34,200 nt of DNA, from assembly GCA_051530055.1 (NCBI GenBank), contig JBMGUZ010000027.1, positions 1-34,200 on the forward strand, given 5' to 3'. The notes below the pieces were generated by a model that had not been told where the DNA came from, did no database searches, and saw only the letters and a program-made list of their open reading frames with translations. The position numbers were made by a program, and so were the translations under genes. Numbering within the stretch: the first letter of the stretch is position 1; each line of letters starts with the position of its first letter. Source of the DNA: Neoechinorhynchus agilis. Taxonomy: Eukaryota; Animalia; Acanthocephala. Of the stretch, positions 1 through 9,711 are shown piece by piece.

Positions 1-354
1 TCTGATTGGCGGTGGGTTTCGGGTTTTTTTTCGATGTAGTGTTCGTCTCATTCTATTCATCCTCTTAAGTGTAAAGTTTAGAATTTATGTAATTTTATAC
101 GAGCTTTACATATATATATTTTGTATTTTTGAATTTATCGTTCTTGTCTATAAAATTGTTTTCAAAATTAGATAAATAGCATTTTTGCGAAAAATATGAA
201 ACATTTCCTTTAAGTTATTTTTTAACATCTAAATTTATACAGCTACTTTAGCTGTCATCAAAACAACCATTAAGAATTGCGTCTTTGATTCGGGCCTAAC
301 AACCCCGGGCACCTGAGTTCGGCCCATGCTACATTCACTACGTATTATTCTGGA

Positions 355-390
355 TACCTGAGGAGGTCTGGATGCAGACGAAAATTCGTA
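355..390 (+). ncRNA. Minimal type I hammerhead ribozyme, apparently intact (PLE-type)
   Basis: TAC-CTGAGGA-G-GTCTG(GATG)CAGAC-GAA-AATT-C-GTA: core CUGANGA 358-364, perfect 5-bp stem II, GAAA, palindromic stem III AATT, cleavage triplet UUC (after 387), 3-bp stem I TAC/GTA; AATAAA follows at 393-398. Confidence 0.7.
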
Positions 391-602
391 CAAATAAATC
401 AGTCATCGGGGAGGTTAATAAGGTTGCAACCATCAATAAATAATAAAATATTATGCAATCATTTTAAATTGTATCTGTAGCAAAAGACTTTGGAAAGCAA
501 TAATCGCCATTGAAGATTAGAATTTAGGGTTGCGTCCACGAAAATTTGCATTCACATTTCACTGCCTAATCGATTCTTTGTTTGAAGATAGAAGTGTTCA
601 TG

Positions 603-804
603 TTTGTATCTGGCGTCAAAATTAAAAGAATTTTATTGATTACGGTATTTCGGCGCAATCTTGTGCCTTTGTCAAGGTCTAAAATCTACACGTAGGAGAT
701 GGTTAAATTCACAATGTACTTAGATTTAGTTTGAAGTTCGCCTTATTCCCTTTAACTGTTTCCGGAATCAATAAAATTCTTTAAATTGTTACGCCAGATA
801 CAAA
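603..804. mobile_element. MITE-like element with ~42-bp imperfect terminal inverted repeats
   Basis: TTTGTATCTGGCGTCAAAATTAAAAGAATTTTATTGATTACGG (603-645) is the reverse complement of ~762-804 with about 4 mismatches; no convincing coding content; no TSD identified. Confidence 0.55.
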
Positions 805-1029
805 AAATCGGTTTTTTGTTGAAACCTTGAGAGGCAGTCTGATTCTCTGGAGATTGCCTTTAACAAAATGAGGACGATTAAAATCAAAAAATTGTAACGC
901 TTTAGATTTTTTAACTCGCTTACTAGGCGACATTTCACACTGCATTAATTTATGGATGAAATTCTCACAAAACGAACGAAACTTTCGATTTATTTGGTGC
1001 AAAAGTTTTCTCACTTTGCCTAGTTTTTC

Positions 1030-4000
1030 TTTAATCCACTTCCCTCGGTCTGAGAATTGGAACACATTTTCTGCTCTTCTTGTACCTTCAGCTTCCAGAA
1101 CTCTCTTGCTGATCCAATCTGCTTGTCTAATAGATTGCTGATTCTACTTGCAGCCGATCTATGTGCGGTATTGGTCGATCGATTGACCATACTTTCGTCC
1201 TGATGTGGCGAGGATGATGAAGCGTCCGTAAGGCATGGCTATTCATTTTTGTTCCAATAAGAGCTCAAAAGCGAATGCCATGGTGCAAATGAGCTGTTTG
1301 AACTTGGAGTCGTTGCTGCGAACGACGTTATTGCAGTTTGGGTGGCTGTGTCGACTTTAAGTCCTTCGATTTTTGGGATTTGGACCGGTGGTGGTGGAGC
1401 TGGGCGTTTAACACGTCGTGTTGGTGTTGGTGGTGGTGGTGGTGGTGGAGGAGGGGCAACGCGTTTTGATGAACGAGTACTTCCATTGTGTGAACTGTAC
1501 AGGCTGCTTTCTGGACGTCGAGTAACGTAGTCTTCAACTACGGAGTAAGTCTATTTGGAAACGATACATTTGATAGGATTATTGGAAAGACGAAAAAGTG
1601 TGAGGATTTCCATATTTTATGTGAATTTTCTCATCAAATATGGATGCACTTTTTTCCGTATTTCGTTTGGGAAACGATTAAGCAAAATTCTTGGGAATCT
1701 TTAAATGCACAGCGTAAGTCTATTTGGAAACGATAAATTTAATGGCACATAAAAGGCTAAATTCGTATATTCTTGGAAGGACGAAAAAGTGTGAAGATTT
1801 CCACATTTTATGTGCCTCCGCGACTAATGAGATACTTTAAGTTTGCTGATTCGATATGGATGTGCCTCGCGGATTCTACAAAACGGCGAACCTCGACAGA
1901 CTGGGAGATCGTTGACCGCTGTAACCGTCAATCTTCACCATGGTCTCAAATTCTATTTTTAAACAGTCAAATCGCAACAAAAGATCTCAGTAGCTTCTGT
2001 TCTAAGATTGAACGCAAGATAATAAATCAAATTCGATTGATATTAAAATCATGATCCGCGACTTCAAACTAGGAATTATAAGTTCCGCGTTTAGGATTTA
2101 AACGTTCTCAGAAGGTGCATTATTCATAACGAATTTTCGTTTGGAATTAAAATAAAAGAAGCTTATGACGCTCGATTATTTAAAAAAAGCTAAAGGGGCA
2201 AATCCTTTAGAGCTTGCAAACTTACATTTTGTTTAGCGCTAGAGACTTTACCGGCGATTGTGGACATGGATTTTTGAAACGATCTCATTCTATCGACGGA
2301 TTCTGCACTTTCTGCGATTGGTAGTCCTAAACATCGATCAAAATTAGTGGAAAAAGGCGTGAAACATTACTTCTTGACGACTTCACGATTTCCAGAACAG
2401 GGAGACAATCGCGGTACTTGCAAGTAGATACTGAATCTAGTAAGTGTTCAAGTAGAAGATGACTGACGGGCAACAGTCCGTCGCTTTTTGTCCTAAATGT
2501 GAATTCGTGGTAATCGCCAAGTTGATGTTCGTTGCAGATTTGAGCGAGCAAATCGATTAGAGGATAGTTTCCCGGCAATGGAGAAGTAGTCCTGACTGTT
2601 TGTCCTCCAGGCAGGATGACTGTCGGGATGTATGCCTTCTACGAAGACTTTTAAGAAAAAGAAACTTAAACGTTCCCTCAACGGACCTCGTATTTGTTTC
2701 TACGGCGTCGACTTATGAGTTTGAGAATGGTCGCTCCTTGAAGATGGAAATGTTGTTTTTTTCTGTGATTGTACGAAATGAACTCACCGAGTTCTCCAAC
2801 GCGTTCATCGAGTGATAAAGGAGTGTACATTGTGGTCGTTGTCAAATGGCCGTGGAACGACGATGCGTGTACAGTGAATGAGTTCGGGTCAAAATCGTAT
2901 AGACTTGTCAAAAATGCCAACACGTCCGACAATGTCGAACTGAAAGTTTAGGACGTTAAACGGTTGTTTTACTGAGAAAAATAACTGTGAGCGTCGTTAA
3001 GACGAATGGCTATTAAGGGAATGCTTGCGAATAATTTGCACCTTGAATTCTTCATTTAGGGAATGGATGTATTCGCTCACGTGTACTCGGGTGGAATACA
3101 GAAAAAACGGAAATATTTCCTTAATAGTTGATCCATAAGATGAGGAGAAAAACGAAGGGATGTGTAAGCAAAATCAAAATTTTGGCCGTTCGTTAGATGT
3201 TTGGACTTTGTCTATTATTGAATCTAACACTATCATCTCTTTTCACAACTACGGATAAGATTGAGTAAGAAGTCGTTCGAGGGAAAACTATCGGGAATCC
3301 TCACAATGTTTTTATATAGATGAATATTTCGGACGCACAACCGTGATAAAACACCCAAAATTACTTCATTTCTTCATCGCCGAATAAAAAAATTCAATCT
3401 TACGCCTTAAAAAAGATGGTGAATCGAAATATCAAATCAATAAATTCTTAATTTCATTTATTTTCTCCTATCGACAAATTTTTTTAATATATTTCAAAAA
3501 ACTACAATTCAATAATTTACAAATGCCAAACACTAATTTAGAGAATCATGAATAATGCTAATTATACGCTAGTTTGATTTTCCAAAATCACATAAAGAGC
3601 ATTAACATAATGTCACCCATTAATCTTTTTTTATAGTATGACAACATACCGCAAGAAATCTTTAATGGCTTTACTTGTAAGACTTAAATGGTTGACAAGA
3701 TCAAAAGTGTTTCGTTGCGTTTTAGATTTGCCAACCCTTGGGAACATCCCTAGAACAATTAGAAGCAAGGCCTTGCAATATCTAGTTTCTTCGGAAAAGA
3801 ATCGCCTAAGAACCGCTAAGCAGATTAGCCTTGAAAATAAGAAGCTAATCCATTTTCACTTGATTCTATATCCACAACATACCTTGGTTGAGCGTGGAGT
3901 CTGGCACAAGTAACCCGTCCGTTAGTGATCTCTTCTGGCAGCAAAACACAGATATTGACGGATTCATGTCGAAGATCGAGACCGTATTGACTTGGACTGT

Positions 4001-4270
4001 ACGACTATACATTTCCGATGTTTTGAAAATGTTTTAGTCAATTAGACTTACCGGGCATTCGTGCCGATCTATTTGTCTTCTATAGGCAATGCTCATTTTT
4101 GCTTGTCTAAAATGGCAGAGAAAAAGATCGTCTCGTTTTCTTATTCTAAGAGGTCGACTTATTCTAGAGAGACCGTGTTTCTTTAAATATAAGAGACAGA
4201 GGTTGCGACAAGCACGTGACCTGATATAAACAGTACACCAAAAAGGATTATGTGGGCACAGGATCAAGTT
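1030..4270 (-). pseudogene. Multi-exon Cordon-bleu-like gene (ubiquitin/RBD-like repeats plus KRAP-like Pro-rich motifs), disrupted
   Basis: Exon ending at 4052, exon 4004-3883 and exon 3829-3650 splice in frame with GT-AG introns of 47 and 53 nt. Downstream segments TLSDVLAFLTSLYDFDPNSFTVH and PGNYPLIDLLAQICNEHQL resemble the Cobl ubiquitin-like domain (MDLLxxLCxQYHLNPSxxT). The exon starting at 1537 (after TAG acceptor) reads KRVAPPPPPPPP...KRPAPPPP in a frame not shown in the ORF track. A frameshift near 2580 and an in-frame stop near 1240 disrupt it. Confidence 0.5.
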
Positions 4271-4274
4271 TGTA

Positions 4275-4895
4275 TTGTCCGGATAAGTCCTGAACTAAGG
4301 TCAGTGGCACTAAAGGTATCCCCCTCGTCCTCGTTTATCGAATCTTCAAAAATGACTCTAAAATCTTAGGGCTGTGATCGTAACCGGAATCTTTTATTTG
4401 GGCTTATTTCTTATTTTATCTTGTCCGGATAAGTCCTGAACTAAGGTCAGTGGCACTAAAGGTATCCCCCTCGTACCCATGTCTTAAGGAATGACTCTAA
4501 AATCTTAGGGTTGTGATCGTAACCGGAATCTTTTATTTGGGCTTATTTCTTATTTTATCTTGTCCGGATAAGTCCTAACTAAGGTCAGCGCCACTAAAGG
4601 TATCCTCCTCGTCCCATGTCTTAAGGAATGACTCTAAAATCTTAGGGTTGTGATCGTAACCGGAATCTTTTATTTGGGCTTATTTCTTATTTTATCTTGT
4701 CCGGATAAGTCCTTAACTAAGGTCAGCGCCACTAAAGGTATCCTCCTCGTCCGCATGTCTTAAGGAATGACTCTAAAATCTTAGGGTTGTGATCGTAACC
4801 GGAATCTTTTATTTGGGCTTATTTCTTATTTTATCTTGTCCGGATAAGTCCTGAACTAAGGTCAGAGCCACTAAAGGTATCCCCCTCTTCCCCGT
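4275..4895. repeat. Tandem array of ~139-bp units (4 full + 1 partial)
   Basis: Units begin TTGTCCGGATAAGTCC at 4275, 4421, 4560, 4697 and 4836 (lengths 146, 139, 137, 139); units 2-4 nearly identical. Confidence 0.97.
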
Positions 4896-5123
4896 GTTTC
4901 GATTCTGCTAACGTTGCTTTCCAGCACACGAAGTACGTTCTCTTGTTCAGAAATGACTAACTTTGAAATTGCGACGGAGATGTTTGCAACAGCCGTCTAG
5001 AACACGGCAAAAGAAGTGCAGCAACACGATGTGAGTCGACTATGAGTTCCATTGGAATAAAGGAAAGTGACCAACTCTGAACAACAAATTATTTTTCGAT
5101 TTTTTAAACAAAAAATTAAAGTT

Positions 5124-5558
5124 TCACAAAGGACTGGTTACGATCTTAGACTTTTGATTCAGTGATTTATTTAATAACTCTGGTTGCTTTGAGAACTGAT
5201 CACGAGAAATCACGCTTTTTACTTTCCCAGAATCACGGCAAATTTCAGTAAGCGTTTTTCCAACATTCCAAAACAGTGGTATTTGTATCGGCATTTTATC
5301 TCTTAAACATATCGTGTCTTGCCATGAGTAAAGAATCACAATTCTGGACAGCAAGACGCGATACTCTATCTCTTTCATCTTCAGACTAGTCTTAACAAAC
5401 CCGCCGAAGTGACTTGATTTTCTGATATTGTTCTTGATAAGATGTAGATGTATATTTCGGAATTTTCCTCTTGCAAATTTTGGTTCGGAATCGACTTTTT
5501 TTACATATAAAGCATTCTTTGAATATTCGATTCGAGTATAACAGCTCTTCTCTTCCAA
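5124..5558 (-). other. Probable upstream coding exon(s) of the disrupted minus-strand gene
   Basis: 144-codon open frame including IPLFWNVGKTLTEICRD; an overlapping frame reads EELLYSNRIFKECFICKK (weakly LIM-like). Same strand as the 1030-4270 gene; exon joins not resolved. Confidence 0.3.
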
Positions 5559-6442
5559 TCAATTCGACTATTTTAAAGTCCTCTATTGCATTTTGCGTTA
5601 CTCAAATAATTTTTAAATTATTCAATGCATAAATTGAGGACATTTTAAATTTATTTTTGATTAAATGCTTTAATATAGTTCATTATTTTTCATAAGTTAT
5701 TTAATCATTTGAATTATTTCTACCTGGTCGATTTTTTGGAAACGAGAACAAAACGCATTGATTTTTCTGAAAAAATTGAAACAAGTTAATTGTAAATTAA
5801 CAGGTTAAACTAAGCCAATAAGATTACGCCATTCTTTTTTGTAAAAAGTCGTCTTCTCAAATTCATCAATATTTAATCAATGACTATATGTGTCATTTTT
5901 GGATATGCTTACAGAATTTTGTTTCTTTACATACCGTCTCGAATTTAATACTTGAAAATTTTAAATCCTTTATGTTTCGTGCTTATTTAATTTTTTGTTA
6001 TGCAACGGTTGCTTTTTTTACTAAACTCAATTTTATCGCATCCCATTGAATCAAAAGATAAAGAAGTGTCGCCGTTGTGTTTAGATGTTCATTCCAATAG
6101 TCGTAAGATTGAGCAGCACGACTATTGCTTTTATTATTTATAACTTCATAAGCAAATTCAAAATACGCCACGCTTCTAATTGTTTAATTATTCACTTCTT
6201 TGCTCTCTTGAAAATGGAATCTAGAGCGCAACAATTAAAAACATAATTTGATCTCTACGGGAAGTTAAGAGAAGAATTTTATGCGATTAGCTCCATGGTA
6301 ATAATAAAAAAATTGAAAAATAAAGCTATAGATGTTTGTTTTTGCCTTCGATTTCTTAAATACACGTTGCATTCATTATCAAGCGTAAAAAATTAGTTGT
6401 TTTGCTTAAATCGCTAATTTAAAAATTTTTTAAATTTTTATT

Positions 6443-7210
6443 TCATCGAGATATTTTAGACGGTGGCACTTTCTGTCTCGAAATAATCCGCCACCATACA
6501 CAAGCAGACAAGACAATCATGATTGAACTGCAAAGTGAAAACAGTAAAATGACTCCAACCATTGCAATAATGGAAACTAGAAAATAGTAGATTGATTTTT
6601 CATCTATCGAACTCGTGCCATTTGATTTAGTTGAAAATTGCTTTAACGAATTATCTGTCTCATTGATGTTTTCCAAATCCACAAAATAAACATTTCCATC
6701 AGTGTCTGTAAAATTTAAAAACTCTTTAAACATTTCAGTTTGATCGAATTTAATTTGATCAGGCTCTTGTTCGTCGTCGTCCTTCGTTGCAGAATTTATG
6801 ATAATATAATTGGAAAGATCAGCATCATTAAAACCCGTTAAATCAACAAAGGATAATTTGTAGTCTGAATAATTAGTTCCAGGACTAAATTCGTCCGGAA
6901 ATAAAAGCGTTAAATCTGTAAATGAAATGTTGCTCTTAGACCATTGAGAGTTCGACGAATCAATCGATGTATCAATTTGATTTGAATCCGTAGTAAGCGC
7001 CACCTGATTCCAGTTGTCGACAAAATCCTTATTTACAAACGTTGTTTCGTTTTCTGCAATCCATTCATTCGTTGGATCTGAAATTTTATATATTGATTTA
7101 TTGTTTAAAACGATATTGGCGTCATTTCTTTTGGTGCTCTTTAAGTTAGTGATTGGAATCGATTTTGATCCGATTACCATTGAGAGTACAATGATAAAAG
7201 TAAGCTTCAT
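6443..7210 (-). CDS. Orphan type I membrane glycoprotein, 255 aa, single exon
   Basis: ATG start, hydrophobic signal peptide MKLTFIIVLSMVIGS, D/N/S/T-rich ectodomain with 7 N-x-S/T sequons, long hydrophobic C-terminal segment (YYFLVSIIAMVGVILLFSLCSSIMIVLSACVWW), short basic tail. Confidence 0.8.
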   Translation of the reverse strand: MKLTFIIVLSMVIGSKSIPITNLKSTKRNDANIVLNNKSIYKISDPTNEWIAENETTFVNKDFVDNWNQVALTTDSNQIDTSIDSSNSQWSKSNISFTDLTLLFPDEFSPGTNYSDYKLSFVDLTGFNDADLSNYIIINSATKDDDEQEPDQIKFDQTEMFKEFLNFTDTDGNVYFVDLENINETDNSLKQFSTKSNGTSSIDEKSIYYFLVSIIAMVGVILLFSLCSSIMIVLSACVWWRIISRQKVPPSKISR

Positions 7211-7788
7211 TTAAAAATATTCTGGATTTTCTTGGTTTAATATAAGTGATGTATAGAAGTTGTAGTCAGATTTCTCACAAATAAGACTCCGAAATTTTCC
7301 TAAAGATTATATACTTCTGATTGCTTACCTTAAAAGACAATCATGCTGATTTCACAGTGAATCCTTCCCATCCTGCTTATTTTTAATTTGTGGAACGATC
7401 ATATCTCCCAAAGCAATTTCCTTAATTAACTTCAATTTACAATACTCCCACGTATACAAATCGCAATTTGTTCAATCTGATAAAAAAATTGATTATATCT
7501 CGTCCTTAAATCTCGAATGTTGCCAATTCACGGCATGAGCAATAATTTAACAGATTTTTTTAGAATCGAAGCTAATTAAAATTATAGTGAGAAAAAGTCG
7601 ATCCAAATAACAGTCGACGGGTAATCGTGGTGTGTTTCATTTCTTATATTTAATTTATACTTTAAAGGGCTTTATTAAGGCATTCGGGGGAAAACTGTAT
7701 AAATTTTAATGGCACTTCCATAAAACGTTTAAAGGCGGTTTCTTATCACAAGAGTAGGCTGCGGACGAGGACGGCAACAGGAATTATA

Positions 7789-8049
7789 AGGAATCGGAAC
7801 ATTGGGATGGACGGCACCAATTAATAGCAACAGTGGCACCAATGTGGATTGGACGAAGACTGACGGCGGTTCTGGGTTCAATGAGCGTGACGAAGCCATT
7901 AAATGCTACGTCTCACCTGCTAACCTCAATCGTCACGCTCATTGAACCCAGAACCGCCGTCAGTCTTCGTCCAATCCACATTGGTGCCACTGTCGGTATT
8001 GGCACCCTCCGTCTGCATTGGTACCATCCGTCCCAATGTTTCAATTCCT
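7789..8049. repeat. Foldback inverted repeat (64-bp perfect core, ~110-bp total arms, 36-nt loop)
   Basis: 7830-7893 is the exact reverse complement of 7930-7993; imperfect pairing extends to 7789/8049; a related sequence occurs at 25688-25929. Confidence 0.97.
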
Positions 8050-9470
8050 CCTCAGATATTTTCGTGAGTTTTAGTAGAATAAGGACCAGTATTTGCTGCC
8101 CCCCAAGTAGACTAGGTCTTGGCAAATATATCAAAATTGGATTGCCGATTCAGTGAAGAGTACAACTCCTTTATAAGATTGGTGGCCTGTAGTAAGTTCA
8201 ACCTTTCCAAAGCTATGGATGTTCCAACGCCTAAGCTACTTTTCAATTACCCGAGCCATTTTTTTGGAGACGCGACAATTTCATCAAGAGTGAGCGAAGG
8301 AAAATGACCTAACGAACGATTAACGTTGGCCTTAGCCAGCGCAGAAACCCTTCGCATCCAAGCCACTGTACCATCGAAGGTTGGAATTTGAGATAGATTG
8401 TCATATATTATATCCAAGACAACATCCATACGACTTACGAGTGCCCAAGATCTAGCTCAGTCCAATGACCCGGGAAAAAGGGTTGCTACTCGACTAGATT
8501 TGACTGTAGGTTCTGGATTATATCTGATCGATGAATCAGCCTCTCTTTCGGACCATTCAGTTCGAAGTTTTCCTAGCGCAAAGCATTCGTCTACAGTCAG
8601 AGATAACATGGAGAAAAATTCAGTTTTCAGAAGCCGTGCTTTCGCTCACTATATTTTCTTATTCAGACAAATCAACATCGGCGTTCTCATAGAGCTCCAC
8701 TAACATGCAACGAATATCAAACTCTTCGTGTCGAATAGAGATCAGGTTCCAGTTCGGACACTCTATGTGCCATACTAAATTGCTAAGAGACGAGGGCCGT
8801 AGAAACGAATAGAGGTGTATTGGCGTGCAGGACAAGTTCCAGAAGGATATGTATGCCAGGATAGATTTAAAAAGATGATCAGGTATGACATCCGACAACA
8901 ATTCTACAAAATCCCACGACCTATAATTGGAAACACCATAAGTATTGGTATACACCCTCAAAAGACGATCCGAAATTCCAATTGGGAGTTCAAAGACTCA
9001 CACATCCATAAGATCTCCCTTCGGGTTGCTCTATCAGATAAAAATTCGTCATCATTGATAGTGGTAGTAACGAGATCGAAAGCCGGCCTAAGCAAACGTA
9101 TATCCTAAGTCGCATCTATATCACATGAAAATCGCAAGCGTCGAAAACTGTTCATTTTAACATCCCTGGCTGTCATGATTGTTCATAGTGATAACACCAT
9201 CGAAGCCTCCTGGACAGCAAAGGGGTACAAGTACTCCAAGAAACGTGAGATCTGCGCGACCAGAGTTGAATCCCTAGCTCCTGTTATTGGTTCGTTATCA
9301 TTAATTCATAAAACATCAAGTCCATATAAATATTCTATACCGAGCTCTTTGCTATCAATTAGATATGCTTCAGTATACGGAGCTCAAAAAGATATTCACG
9401 TGTTATTACTGGTAACACAAATTCCGATTGCTGTACCAACAGCTTTAGAGGTAGATGATCAATAAACAAC
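8050..9470 (-). pseudogene. Long decayed intronless reading frame of unknown origin (possible gag-like or viral protein)
   Basis: Consecutive protein-like stretches broken by stops and frameshifts: RFLEYLYPFAVQEAS, RREILWMCESLNSQLEFR, ELLSDVIPDHLFKSILAYIS, QIPTFDGTVAWMRRVSALAKAN, LKSSLGVGTSIALERLNLLQ, YLPRPSLLGG. No family recognised with confidence. Confidence 0.4.
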
Positions 9471-9491
9471 AGTACGACTATATTTATTATA

Positions 9492-9711
9492 TAATTCCAT
9501 CGCAATTTTTTGGGAAATTATGCTTCAAAATAACATAATTCCTTTAATGAGTCTCATGTTTACGTACTCGGTATAGATTAAATGATTTTAAATGGAATAA
9601 AGAAATTTGCAGCGAAAATAATCTTCGGCGCTCTGGATCACTGAAATATTCGCATTTAATTTAATCCACCTTAACAGGCATCAACGAATATTCACACCTC
9701 CGCTCAGGATC
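9492..9711. repeat. Dispersed ~220-bp repeat, copy 1 (second copy 33956-34200)
   Basis: Highly similar to 33956-34200 apart from a ~24-nt indel; abuts the 3' end of the CRE-like element. Confidence 0.92.

Noticed and set aside
1328-1537. His-rich ORF (minus) and Gly-rich ORF (plus) from the ORF track
   Set aside because: Alternative readings of the (CCA)n tract; the poly-Pro/KRAP frame after the TAG acceptor is more plausible.
4275-4895. Tandem array as CRISPR, retrozyme, twister/HDV ribozyme or tRNA-derived SINE
   Set aside because: No unique spacers; no CUGANGA/GAAA core on either strand; CCTCCTCG and AAGCCC.AATAAAAG look-alikes lack the required pairings; A/B-box-like words are mismatched and badly spaced.
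6095-6127. Perfect 10-bp stem with 13-nt loop
   Set aside because: About one such hairpin is expected by chance in 34 kb of AT-rich DNA.
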